Source: a virus
Taxonomy: Duplodnaviria; Caudoviricetes
DNA: 58,164 nt
IMG/VR virus record: IMGVR_UViG_3300012349_000006
Location: 1 to 58,164 of that record
Reading direction: 5' to 3' (one strand)
Part shown: in pieces, positions 1-9,967 of the stretch
Numbering within the stretch: the stretch's first letter is position 1
Layout: each line of letters begins with the position of its first letter
Notes under the pieces: model-generated
The model's database searches: none
Told to the model about the DNA's origin: nothing
The model's input: the letters and a program-made list of their open reading frames with translations, nothing else
Position numbers and translations under genes: made by a program

Positions 1-62
1 CCATCATCATTGGGAGGGGAAAAAGTTAAAGTAGATGTATTCAAAAATAAATTTTTAAGCAT
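1..62 (-). CDS. 5' fragment of probable capsid scaffolding protein (runs off the window edge)
   Basis: ATG at 62 overlaps the stop of the 55..288 ORF and reads MLKNLFLNTSTLTFSPPNDDG open to position 1; lies between portal and coat in circular gene order. Confidence 0.5.
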   Translation of the reverse strand, partial: MLKNLFLNTSTLTFSPPNDD

Positions 63-288
63 TGGACTTTCTCTTTTCAAATTCCTGTTTGATTGCTTCT
101 TTTAATTTTAAATATTCTGGATTAATCGGCGGTAGCTCAATCGCTTTCTTGTTATTGATCTTGTCAAACTTGTGATGCTTGCTAGCTTCCTCGCGTTTTC
201 TATCAGCTTCATTAAATTCATAATTGGCTAGTTCCAGTTCCCACAAATCAAAGTCAGCTAGCGGTTTGCCTTTATAGATCATTTGCAA
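55..288 (-). CDS. hypothetical protein, head region
   Basis: 77-aa ORF tightly coupled to its neighbours in the late operon. Confidence 0.7.
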   Translation of the reverse strand: MQMIYKGKPLADFDLWELELANYEFNEADRKREEASKHHKFDKINNKKAIELPPINPEYLKLKEAIKQEFEKRKSNA

Positions 289-491
289 ATGGCCTTTTGT
301 AAAGCCTTGGCTTGCGTTTTAATATCTTTCATCAAGGCTTTATCCTTGCGAATTTCTTCCGCTCTGGCGAGCGTTCTCATGCCATCTTCAGCCCGATACC
401 GTCGCTCATGATCCGAAATTGTAGCCTTGCTGGGAGCTTCATTTACAGGACCACCAGCTTTTGCAACAGGTAGCGTGTGTTTCTTAGCCAT
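279..491 (-). CDS. small basic hypothetical protein, head region
   Basis: 70-aa ORF, same strand, overlaps the next gene. Confidence 0.75.
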   Translation of the reverse strand: MAKKHTLPVAKAGGPVNEAPSKATISDHERRYRAEDGMRTLARAEEIRKDKALMKDIKTQAKALQKAICK

Positions 492-495
492 ATTC

Positions 496-870
496 TTATT
501 TCCTTGTAAACAGGCTGTCTAAACTTTCACTGTTGATAATTATAGGACGCGGCTTATCTTCCTTGAATGGCTGGATTTTCTCATTCAGCGTAATCAAGTC
601 AGGATCATTAGCCCGCTCAAGTAGAGCTTGCGAGATTAATTCTTTTTGGCTATCTGGCGTTTCAGGCTTGCCAAGCATATCTACCAATATTTCTACAGCT
701 TTAGGAATAAACTTTTCAAGATTGTGATGCACGAATGCTTTATGTGTCTTATGCCTTGATTTCAGTCCTGCTGATAATCCAGCTTCAAAGAAAGCAGCGC
801 ACAAATCTGCTGCTGTCTGCTCAATCAGAACCGAGGCAGGATTGATTATTTTTCTGGAAAGACTGCTCAT
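496..870 (-). CDS. hypothetical protein
   Basis: ATG at 870 forms an ATGA overlap with the stop of the 1013-aa gene; preferred over 885. Confidence 0.7.
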   Translation of the reverse strand: MSSLSRKIINPASVLIEQTAADLCAAFFEAGLSAGLKSRHKTHKAFVHHNLEKFIPKAVEILVDMLGKPETPDSQKELISQALLERANDPDLITLNEKIQPFKEDKPRPIIINSESLDSLFTRK

Positions 871-3800
871 TTTTTCTTTTCCCAAGGATCATGCTCTACA
901 GGCATTAAAGGAAGCGGAACGCCTTTGCTAAACAGCGGAAAGCCTTTATGCATCGCAGCATCTTTTAAAGATTGTGGAATGTCAATGTAGTGAATAGGCA
1001 TGGTTTCATGCTCTATTCTATAGTTCTTAGCTGTTTCTGGCGAGAATGTCCTGTTGATCCAACTTCTAGCATCAGCTTCAGAGACAAATTGATTTGATAA
1101 CTCATCGCCACGAAAAACTTTTACTTTACCCTCTTTTTGAATTTCAGCCGTCTTTACCTTAACCCCATGCTCTTTACCAATCTTCTCCAAAGCTTTAGGA
1201 ATAATTTGATCGTAAAAGCCTTTCATGCCTTCGCCGCCAACCTCTAAGTCTTGACCTTTAAGGATATGAGTTGGTCCTAAGCGACCATATTCTAGTTCAC
1301 GATTATTATTGACTTCAAAAGCAGTTTTATTCAAATGACGTTCGGCATATTCTAAAGCTTCAGCTTCAGAGCCAACAGTACCTTTGCCAATCTTTACTGC
1401 TCTTTTATCCTTATTGGTTACAACATATTGATGTTCTGTCTGTGTAACTTTTAAATCTTCTTTCTTAACACTAGGAACACGCTCAAAATTTTCAGGCTCC
1501 TGCTTTAAAAGTTTATCGGCTGCTTCCTTGCCAATGAGATTAGGCAAATCTTCAGGCTTGACACTATCTTTAACGATTACTTCTGCGCCTTTGGCGTCCC
1601 AAGCTTTTAGATATTGCTGCTTAGGATTGTAGGATAGTTTTTCAATTTGCTTTCTAAGATTATACCTAGCAGCCTGTGCCTCTCCCGGCGTCCAAGACAA
1701 CCGATCATAGCCTTTTTCAGCAGCTTCGCGGATCATTCGCTTTAATGCTAATTCGTGCCAAGACTTTTTGAATGGTGCATCTGGAACGCCTTGTCTACCT
1801 TTAATTTCTCCTAATTCGATCTGATCAACATAAGCCTTTAATTCTTTAGCTGCTACAGGATCAGCCGGAAAACGATCTAGCAAAGCTTGATCAAATGCAG
1901 ACTTGCCATAGACTTCAATTAGCCTAGTTCTTTCTTTAGTTTGAGCTTCAGCTTTAGCTACTGCTTTAGGATCAATGTATCCCCTATCCCGTCCCTGCTG
2001 ATGCCAGTCCGATTGAATTTCTTCAAGGTGTAGGGATTTCTTAGGTAGATTATCAGATACAATTTTAGTAGTCACAGATGCAGGAAGCGTAGCTTGATAG
2101 GCTTTGGCTTCATCTTCAGTAGCAAATACTTTAGACTTGTTACCTGATCTAGTATTTTGAACAGCATAACCCGGTTCACTCATAACCCTATCATTCATTC
2201 TGACATGAGCTAGAATGTTTGGTTCATCCCAATGAGAGGAACGATAATTAGGATTTTCTTTAGGCCCATTTTGCTTTAAATTCATAAGCTCACTTTGAAG
2301 ATTGTTTCTTTCTTCAGCAAGCTCTCTACGTTTTTTAATAACGTCTAACCCTTTTGGCAACTGTTCTAATTCTTCAAGCAAATGTAAGTCATTAAACTCA
2401 TCTTGAATTTTTTCTAAGCGATTTTGAATTTTAGCTTTAGGTGCGAACTCCATACCTGTAGTACGGGCTAAATGTTCCGTTGACCAACTGGCAGGCTTAT
2501 CGCCAAAGCCTTTTACATACTCACCATTAGCATGTTGAATTGAGAAACCATTTCCTTCTGGATTAGGTACAACTTTAAATCCATTTTGACTTCTTTCCGG
2601 CAGCCTCAGCAGCATTTCCCTATAGTTTTCTCCACCGGGAAGTTGATAGCCGTGATATTTGGTATCCCCTGTTTCACTAGCATTTTTTGTTTCAATATAC
2701 CGCTTTTGTAGTTCGGTATATTTAGCTACTTCGGCAGGGTCCATATTTTTAAGCTTGCTATGCATTGCTAAATTCTGCAATGGATTTAGATTATACTTTT
2801 CACCTAAAACTTCAGAATAATCTTCAAATTCTTTATAGGCGTCCTTAGCAGCTTTAATATCTTCAGCCGATGCTTGCCCTTTTCCAACCTCATTTAGCTC
2901 AATCTTGTTCGCAGCCAAATGCTCCTGCACCTGTTCCTTAGTAACAGGCTTACTTTTATTTTCATTCAGGAAGTCAGTTAATCCCGTCCATTGTAATTCC
3001 TCTGGTTTCACTCCCGGCTTATTGGAGAGTGTACCTAGCCATTGTTCGCCAGTCATTTTAGATTGTGTAATTGAGTTAATCTGATGCTCTACAGCAGAAT
3101 AGAAGGTGGGAGCCTTACTCTTTGCCATCGCTTCAATCGCCGTACCCGGTTTACTGCTATCAGCCATAAGTGTACTCGTCAAAGCGCCATACTGCCCAGC
3201 ATGTTTATCAATCAAGCCTGTGTCAATGGCATGTTTCAATGCCGCTTCACGGTCTAGAAAATGTCCCTTCTCATTAATGAAGCCAAATTTAAAATTACTT
3301 AAATCTTCGCCAGTCATGGCCTGACGTTCAAATTCTGGATAGATTTCTTTAGGAATTACATCTAAGTGCTGCTGTCCCTCTTTGCCCTTATAGAGCTTGT
3401 CTTTATATTTTAAAGCAGGACGCAAAAATGGCGTAGCCCCTAATGTAGCATCTGTAGCACCGGCTAATCCACCAGTGCCAGCTAGAGCCGCCATATCTAA
3501 CGCGCGTTCAACCATCTGCGGATTAGTATGAACGTCTCCGCTCACAGGGTCAACCTCATATTGAGGTAGTTTACCAGCTAAAGCATCTCCTGCTGCTGTA
3601 GAACCGCTCCTAAGCAGTTTTTCAAGCCAAGTCTGATAGCGTTCTTCACCAGCCAAGCCAAACAGACGATTGCCAAACTTTGTACCCTTGGAAAATTCAG
3701 TATCTAGCCAAGGGTTATGATCAACAGCAATTAGTTGTTTACCGCTTTCATGAATGATTGGTTCTGCTCTTTGCTGTTCTGAGATAGGCTCTGGCCTAGC

Positions 3801-3908
3801 CTCCTGAATTGGCCTAATTGAAATAGCATCTTCTTTTGTAGGCATGGCTACAGGTAGCGTAAATGGCTCTTGTACTTCACCAGTATCAATTGGTAAGTCA
3901 TAGTCCAT
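867..3908 (-). CDS. large virion-associated (probably ejected) multidomain protein
   Basis: 1013 aa directly after the portal; blocks FYSAV..GEQW..GVKPEELQWTGL, HWDEPNILAHVR, EEIQSDWHQQGR, GVPDAPF, GFYD recalled from large phage polyvalent-type proteins. Confidence 0.65.
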   Translation of the reverse strand: MDYDLPIDTGEVQEPFTLPVAMPTKEDAISIRPIQEARPEPISEQQRAEPIIHESGKQLIAVDHNPWLDTEFSKGTKFGNRLFGLAGEERYQTWLEKLLRSGSTAAGDALAGKLPQYEVDPVSGDVHTNPQMVERALDMAALAGTGGLAGATDATLGATPFLRPALKYKDKLYKGKEGQQHLDVIPKEIYPEFERQAMTGEDLSNFKFGFINEKGHFLDREAALKHAIDTGLIDKHAGQYGALTSTLMADSSKPGTAIEAMAKSKAPTFYSAVEHQINSITQSKMTGEQWLGTLSNKPGVKPEELQWTGLTDFLNENKSKPVTKEQVQEHLAANKIELNEVGKGQASAEDIKAAKDAYKEFEDYSEVLGEKYNLNPLQNLAMHSKLKNMDPAEVAKYTELQKRYIETKNASETGDTKYHGYQLPGGENYREMLLRLPERSQNGFKVVPNPEGNGFSIQHANGEYVKGFGDKPASWSTEHLARTTGMEFAPKAKIQNRLEKIQDEFNDLHLLEELEQLPKGLDVIKKRRELAEERNNLQSELMNLKQNGPKENPNYRSSHWDEPNILAHVRMNDRVMSEPGYAVQNTRSGNKSKVFATEDEAKAYQATLPASVTTKIVSDNLPKKSLHLEEIQSDWHQQGRDRGYIDPKAVAKAEAQTKERTRLIEVYGKSAFDQALLDRFPADPVAAKELKAYVDQIELGEIKGRQGVPDAPFKKSWHELALKRMIREAAEKGYDRLSWTPGEAQAARYNLRKQIEKLSYNPKQQYLKAWDAKGAEVIVKDSVKPEDLPNLIGKEAADKLLKQEPENFERVPSVKKEDLKVTQTEHQYVVTNKDKRAVKIGKGTVGSEAEALEYAERHLNKTAFEVNNNRELEYGRLGPTHILKGQDLEVGGEGMKGFYDQIIPKALEKIGKEHGVKVKTAEIQKEGKVKVFRGDELSNQFVSEADARSWINRTFSPETAKNYRIEHETMPIHYIDIPQSLKDAAMHKGFPLFSKGVPLPLMPVEHDPWEKKK

Positions 3909-6277
3909 TATTGCATTACCTGTAGATGCTTGCCCGGCCTATTAGGATCAGGCATGTAATAATTTCCGTCAGGCGCTTTCAAGGCTCCCGGTATATCCGG
4001 GTGTTCCTCAGGCTGATCCGGTTCCGCTTGGCTAGGCTCTCCCTGCCCTTCAGGAGCTTCCTCGGGCACGATAGGCGTTCCGCCCTCATTCATGCCCGGC
4101 AAATGATCCGCGCCATCAGGAGCCGGGCCACCAGCCGCTAAAGCCTCCAAAATCGCTTGCTTAAGCAAGGGTTGTAGCTGCTCCAAAGAAAAGGCCGGTC
4201 CTGCATTACCCAAAGCGATAATGCGCTTGCTCATGGCATCAAAATCTTGCCTGATTTCAGATACAGCCGTTTGCGTCGTTTGCAAGTCTAGAGCACGTTC
4301 CTTGATATCAAACTCTCTAGTTCTGTCCTCATACTTTTTAACCAAGTCCTGCAACTCGCTTTGCAACTGTTGAATATGATCAGCAGCCTTATGCATCATA
4401 TCTTCTGTTTGTGGATCAGGAGCATCACCAGTAACATTCTTTGGAATGATCTTGCGATAACGTTCAGCCAAAGCTTGCGCTTCAGGAAAATCAGCAACCT
4501 TCCAAAGAAGATCGCCAGCGACCATCATAAATTCTTTATTAGCTGCTGCGATTTGAGTTAAGGCGTTAAACGCTTCCTGCCGTCTAGTGGCAAATGACGG
4601 TCCTGTATCAGATTGAACATCATAGATGCCCACACTAGGATTAAAGATGATATTCGCCATCTCTTGCGCTTTGTCCATGTCAGGTTTTTCACCATCTGGT
4701 GTTGGTATTTTCTGAAATGGCATAGGAGCTTTATTATCAATCGTAACGTTCATAACGCTACCATCAGTAGCCGCTATGCGAACAACTCTAGGAACGTCAT
4801 AGATCAGCGGCACTAGATCAATGATTATCTTACCAGTAAAGCGTACAGCGATAGCCAAATTGTCAATGAAATGATAAGTAGCTCTGTCGCCCTGCCGTTG
4901 CCTAGCATTAATCGCAATACCAGATTTAGCATTTTCATTTTCTCCCATCTGAGCTTGGTATTGACCGCTAACCATCATCATTTCATTTTGTGCAATTTGC
5001 ATACCTTGCACATAACCGGGCGATGCTTGCGGAGCAGCAGGACGCACCGGAGGCGGTATTTCGTTTCCATCATCATCTACATGGTTCCAAGGCAACCATG
5101 CGTGATTGACCGTATTGGCTGTTTTCCAATATTCCTCTAGCCCTTCAACAGCCGCCATTGGCGCAAGCCAAGGTACTTTAGTCTGTAAAGCGCCAAATTC
5201 AACATTAGCTGATGTATTGATATTGTACATACGTTGAGCATCCAGCAACGCTCTGGTATGTCCCTTGCGATCTAGCACACCATCAATGACGGTTTCTGTG
5301 CCAACTAGCCGTACAATTGGTATGTATTTGCCAAGCCAAGGACCACGATCAATAATCGTGTTTCCGGCAATCTTGAACCATTCAATATTATCAGATACGG
5401 ACTTGCGCTCGAAAGCAGTTTTTTGAGCATCTGGTAAATCTTTTTCAAATTCCTTCAATGCATCGTAAAATTGCTTCTGCTCTGCTGTCAGCTTGCTATA
5501 AAATTCCTCTACTAATTGTCCATTGTGGGGATCAGTAAAGCTGCAAGCTATCTCTTTCTTTTGAGTTTTGCGATAATATTCGCACACTCTCACTATATCC
5601 TTGGTAGCCCAACCATCCGAGGTATTACTAAATACCGATGATCCGCCAACATCTTTAAAATCTGAATACTTTGCGTTATACAGATCGCGCGGATTATCCT
5701 CAAAAATAAATCCAAACCTAGCATCTGAGCCGTCAACTTCAGTAATATCAGGATCAAGATAAACCGATCTAGGGTCTTTAATTCTTTTAATGTAGATTTC
5801 TTGCGAACGTGACTTAGCACTGATGTAATCAGTATGTATGCGCCAATAGCCTATGCCGCCTTGTACTTGGGTTACAGTGCCATTATCATAAACATTTTCA
5901 GCACTGGAAATATATTCAATATGCCTGACAACTTCCTGATAGACTTGCGCCGCTTCAAATGAAGCATTATCGCCAACAGGACGAATGTTAATGCCCGGTT
6001 TGTTCTGCTTTGCATCATTAATGATTAAAAGATTATGCTGATTGGTTTTATTGATGGTTAGGCAGGGCCTACCGGCTGAAATTCTATCGCCAATTACCCA
6101 TTCATCCCATTGAAACATATTGCGGCTATCGCCATTGGCAAACTTGATATCAAGCTCATAATAAACGCGAGCTTGGCTTTCCCATTCTTCGCAAACCCGA
6201 AAACGTCCCTTAGCTTCTAGAACAATAGCATCGTCGCCACCAAGCTTATTAGAATATGGATCAGTTGACCATGCCAT
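3908..6277 (-). CDS. portal protein, P22-like, with C-terminal extension
   Basis: 789 aa after TerL; GRPCLTINK, GGIGYWRI, KYIPIV, SGIAINARQRQG, YDVQSDTGPSFATRRQEA motifs typical of P22-type portals. Confidence 0.93.
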   Translation of the reverse strand: MAWSTDPYSNKLGGDDAIVLEAKGRFRVCEEWESQARVYYELDIKFANGDSRNMFQWDEWVIGDRISAGRPCLTINKTNQHNLLIINDAKQNKPGINIRPVGDNASFEAAQVYQEVVRHIEYISSAENVYDNGTVTQVQGGIGYWRIHTDYISAKSRSQEIYIKRIKDPRSVYLDPDITEVDGSDARFGFIFEDNPRDLYNAKYSDFKDVGGSSVFSNTSDGWATKDIVRVCEYYRKTQKKEIACSFTDPHNGQLVEEFYSKLTAEQKQFYDALKEFEKDLPDAQKTAFERKSVSDNIEWFKIAGNTIIDRGPWLGKYIPIVRLVGTETVIDGVLDRKGHTRALLDAQRMYNINTSANVEFGALQTKVPWLAPMAAVEGLEEYWKTANTVNHAWLPWNHVDDDGNEIPPPVRPAAPQASPGYVQGMQIAQNEMMMVSGQYQAQMGENENAKSGIAINARQRQGDRATYHFIDNLAIAVRFTGKIIIDLVPLIYDVPRVVRIAATDGSVMNVTIDNKAPMPFQKIPTPDGEKPDMDKAQEMANIIFNPSVGIYDVQSDTGPSFATRRQEAFNALTQIAAANKEFMMVAGDLLWKVADFPEAQALAERYRKIIPKNVTGDAPDPQTEDMMHKAADHIQQLQSELQDLVKKYEDRTREFDIKERALDLQTTQTAVSEIRQDFDAMSKRIIALGNAGPAFSLEQLQPLLKQAILEALAAGGPAPDGADHLPGMNEGGTPIVPEEAPEGQGEPSQAEPDQPEEHPDIPGALKAPDGNYYMPDPNRPGKHLQVMQ

Positions 6278-6318
6278 TAGATAATATTCCTTAAATTAAA
6301 AATAATTTTATAAAAATA

Positions 6319-7677
6319 TTAGGTGTGTCCCATCCAGCTAGTATTTTGCCGGTTTAGATTAATTACTTTTGGTACAACTCTAGGAGGTAGCTTGGTAGAA
6401 GCAGTTTCTGATTTTAAAGATAATGCGAAAGTTTGAAATGCATCTGCCCCATGTGACCAAGGCGTGTCATGATCAGGCTCATTACTAAAATTTCCAGTCT
6501 GCTCATTTACCTTATAAGTATAACGTCTCAAGCATTGCAAGCCGCGTTCGGTCTTTTCAGCATCAAAATTACATAGATCGAAAACAGTTCTAGCGGCGTT
6601 GATACCAAGAAACTTCTTTCTAGGGGCGTCAATAATTCTAACTTGCCAGTTTAAAGCCCTTAGTTGTTTTTCTGGCGTGATATTGGATAAAGTTTCGGCT
6701 GCGCCATCATGCGGCAAATTATGTCTACCGTAATTATAACCCCTACGTTGTAGCTCCTGAATGTAGAAAGGCATTTTCTTCAGACTATTTTCGTAATAGT
6801 CTATCAAATTAAATTCAACTCCTATGGTTTGAACAAACCAAATAGAAGTTTTATCGCTATGCCCTAAATCCCAAAATGTATGCACTGGCCTGTTGGGATC
6901 ATACTTAACACTTCCAATGCGATTTTCTAATGTAGCTTTTCTGATTTCTTCAGCGTAGATAGCTCCATCAAGAGTTTGCTTACAGTGACCTTCCCACACA
7001 TTTAGATAGCTGGTCGGGTCTTTTTCCTTTAATTGCTCCATTTCCTCGCGAAGATCGTCAGGAAACCATTGGTTATCTGACCAATTAATCTTTTTGATTA
7101 TCGCGTATCTATTGCCCTTATGATCAAAGTCATTCGGCGGTTTTAAAATAAAACGTTCATAGGTATTATCAGTATCTAATTCAGGATTGAAACTAACCCA
7201 TATTTCAGGACCAACTTTAAATGGTCCTATGTTGCCAGTTGGAGCATCAGCAGGACGGCCACGAATAGTAGGGCTTAATTTCTCCCAAGATGATTTAGAA
7301 ACCACATTAGCTTCTTCAACCCATGCGATATCAATAAAAGCTAGCGACTTAAGACTGTTGATGTTGTAGCGAAGTCCAAGGAAAATAAACTGCGAACCTG
7401 TACGTTTAGAAATAATAGTCTTATCTAATATCTTAAATTCATCTTCCAAATCCATTGCGAAAATTTTGGCTTTTAAAATTTCATACACGCTTTCATCAAT
7501 GGACTTTTGAAATTCACGAAAGCAAGCAATACGCAAACGCTGTTGTGAAGCTAAAATAATTAAAGCAGCCGCAATGTTTTCAGTCTTGCCAGCACCGCGA
7601 CCGCCCCACAGAACTTTATAACGGGCGCTCTCCGTAAGCAAGAATGCTAGATGCTCTGGAAATTCAATTTCTTTCAC
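6319..7677 (-). CDS. terL: terminase large subunit (PBSX/Terminase_3 type)
   Basis: Walker A region WGGRGAGKT, CFREFQKSI, Walker B WVEEA, SFNP coupling motif, nuclease FWDLG and HGADAF. Confidence 0.95.
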   Translation of the reverse strand: MKEIEFPEHLAFLLTESARYKVLWGGRGAGKTENIAAALIILASQQRLRIACFREFQKSIDESVYEILKAKIFAMDLEDEFKILDKTIISKRTGSQFIFLGLRYNINSLKSLAFIDIAWVEEANVVSKSSWEKLSPTIRGRPADAPTGNIGPFKVGPEIWVSFNPELDTDNTYERFILKPPNDFDHKGNRYAIIKKINWSDNQWFPDDLREEMEQLKEKDPTSYLNVWEGHCKQTLDGAIYAEEIRKATLENRIGSVKYDPNRPVHTFWDLGHSDKTSIWFVQTIGVEFNLIDYYENSLKKMPFYIQELQRRGYNYGRHNLPHDGAAETLSNITPEKQLRALNWQVRIIDAPRKKFLGINAARTVFDLCNFDAEKTERGLQCLRRYTYKVNEQTGNFSNEPDHDTPWSHGADAFQTFALSLKSETASTKLPPRVVPKVINLNRQNTSWMGHT

Positions 7678-7684
7678 TTAATGC

Positions 7685-9967
7685 TCAATCGAATTGCCCA
7701 TAGAAGAACCCTGAACCGTAGTACCCGCCATAAAAAAGTCCGTAAGTATCAGCATCTCCTTCGATGCTATACACAGCATCCACACTACCCTTAACCGCCC
7801 AACCATCCAGCTTTCGCCAAATCGGTGTTGTGTTGACATTGATAGCTTGCCACAGACCGTAAGACGCTGTATTGTGACCGCTGCCAGTATCAACCGAACA
7901 CCAGCAATAGAGTGTAGGATAACCGTTAAACCCGGCCTTGGCTTTACCTAAACCAAATGCAAAAACATCAATAACATTGGCAATAGTGTTCCATGTTCCA
8001 GTACCACCGCCAGTATTAAACCATAGAGGCAGTCCTTGCACTGGCAGTTGCGGGCCGGAACTAAAGAACAAGTGACCACTATTGCCGGGTACAGTTTTAA
8101 GCGTTGCGTTGAAATTGGATTGGTTGCTAGTATCAAACTGACTTGTTTTAACGCGAGTACAAGTTGAACCATCTGCTGAAATAGAATAGACACCATCCGT
8201 TGATGGTGCAGCAAAATAATTATACGCATAGTAAGTATTAGCTACTCTATCGGCAGCTACAATATGCCTCACCAGTGTATCAGCACCGCCCCAACCCGTA
8301 ACGCTAGGCGAAACAGGAACGCCAGAACAGCTAGTTATGTTTGTCCAAGTTGTTCCACCATTTTGCGTAATAAATAAATCTTGCTCATTACCTAATTGCC
8401 AAATGGCATGAGTGCTGTCAAGACAAGCAACGTGACCACCAAAGCCATTTTGTCCGAATATCTGTGATGGAACAGTTGTTAAAAGGGTCCAATCGGAAGG
8501 CGTTCCAGTGCCGCCGCCGTTGGTTGATTTTGCCGATGTTTCAAAAGGCGAATTTCCTGCATTTGCTACTAGATAAATAGTGCTAGGATTTTGAGAGCAC
8601 CAATCCGCTCCAAAACCTTCAGTTATGGCTTGATTATAGTTAACACCGTGATTAGACGGATAAGCAGCAGGATTGGTGACAGTCCATACAGGACGATCCC
8701 AAGCCGTGAGAATTGGCTTTCCGCCGGGTGGCGATGCTATCCAAGTAGTGACAAGCTGTTCAATACCAGAACTATTTGATGTATAAGTTTGCGAGCTTGT
8801 ACTAGACGATGGTGAAGAAACCCAACTACCAATACCTTCTGCTGTAAAAAGAGAATTTGATGCCGCACTGTTGTATGCGATTTCTCCAACCGTAAAATTG
8901 GTTTCATTGGTATTAGCGAGCCAAGGAATATCTGTTGCGACCCGCACGGGATGGGCCGATGCTCCACTCCATGTTCCACCTGAGCCGCCTGTTGTATAGC
9001 TGGTAGAGCCTAGCGCATCTATCGCAACAATATTGTTGTTATTCGCCGGATCAAACGCAATTGTTCTTGGTTCAGTAAGTCCTGTAGTAAATGTGCTCCA
9101 TGTAGTACCGTTATACTTTTGTATGTTGGCTGTGCCATCTCCCACTGCATAGATTATTCCAGCACTATCAGACTTGATATGTGCAACACTTACAGGACCA
9201 CCACTAGTGAGCGTAAAAGTTCCGCTAACTCCGGTTGTTGATTTGTAAACGCCGGTCCCAAAACATTCAATGTAAACATTCAAATGGTTTGAAAGATCGA
9301 ACGCGATTTGGTAACCATCACCCTGACCATTGGTAGAAGTAGGAGTACATAAGCCGGTGATTGCAGTCCAAGAGGTTCCGCTGTTGGTTGAATAATACGC
9401 GCCGCTATTTGGTGAGCCGACAATAACTTTTGTAGCATCTGTAGGATCAATGCCAATAAATGGCCCGAAAAATTTGGTATTTACGTTTGGACTTCCTCCT
9501 ATTCCAGTTATGGCAGTTGTCGCAGTCCAAGTCATACTGGCACAAGAACGTAGATTGGACGTTTTATAAATCGTCCCGTTCCAGTTCATGTATGCTTTAT
9601 TGGTGTCGCTTGGCGCAATTCTTATTTCATATACGCCGCAGTAATTACCGTTTCCGCAAATATTTGGAGCATTACTTGGGTCTGAAGGCGGTAATGTGTT
9701 GGTTGTGACTAGCTGTACCCAAGTCGAACCACACAACTCATAAGCACCATAGGTATCGGTGCGAACAATCTTGGTAGTGGTTCCTGAATTATTGCAGGAG
9801 CCTACACCTTGATCACATTGAATATCAATACCAGTAAGCTGACCACCAGCACCGATCTTCAGTGTTTGAATAGTATTTAAATTGGTTGGATAGACACCGT
9901 GGCGAGCTTCTACAGTGCCAACAAATAGTAAAGCAATAACTAAAAGAAGTTTAATCGGTGATTTCAT
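7685..9967 (-). CDS. secreted GH74/xyloglucanase-like double beta-propeller protein
   Basis: Signal peptide ending GTVEA; IGAGGQLTGI..VRTDTYGAY N-terminus; Asp-box repeats STNSGTSW, TQNGGTTW; 14 Cys. Confidence 0.75.
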   Translation of the reverse strand: MKSPIKLLLVIALLFVGTVEARHGVYPTNLNTIQTLKIGAGGQLTGIDIQCDQGVGSCNNSGTTTKIVRTDTYGAYELCGSTWVQLVTTNTLPPSDPSNAPNICGNGNYCGVYEIRIAPSDTNKAYMNWNGTIYKTSNLRSCASMTWTATTAITGIGGSPNVNTKFFGPFIGIDPTDATKVIVGSPNSGAYYSTNSGTSWTAITGLCTPTSTNGQGDGYQIAFDLSNHLNVYIECFGTGVYKSTTGVSGTFTLTSGGPVSVAHIKSDSAGIIYAVGDGTANIQKYNGTTWSTFTTGLTEPRTIAFDPANNNNIVAIDALGSTSYTTGGSGGTWSGASAHPVRVATDIPWLANTNETNFTVGEIAYNSAASNSLFTAEGIGSWVSSPSSSTSSQTYTSNSSGIEQLVTTWIASPPGGKPILTAWDRPVWTVTNPAAYPSNHGVNYNQAITEGFGADWCSQNPSTIYLVANAGNSPFETSAKSTNGGGTGTPSDWTLLTTVPSQIFGQNGFGGHVACLDSTHAIWQLGNEQDLFITQNGGTTWTNITSCSGVPVSPSVTGWGGADTLVRHIVAADRVANTYYAYNYFAAPSTDGVYSISADGSTCTRVKTSQFDTSNQSNFNATLKTVPGNSGHLFFSSGPQLPVQGLPLWFNTGGGTGTWNTIANVIDVFAFGLGKAKAGFNGYPTLYCWCSVDTGSGHNTASYGLWQAINVNTTPIWRKLDGWAVKGSVDAVYSIEGDADTYGLFYGGYYGSGFFYGQFD

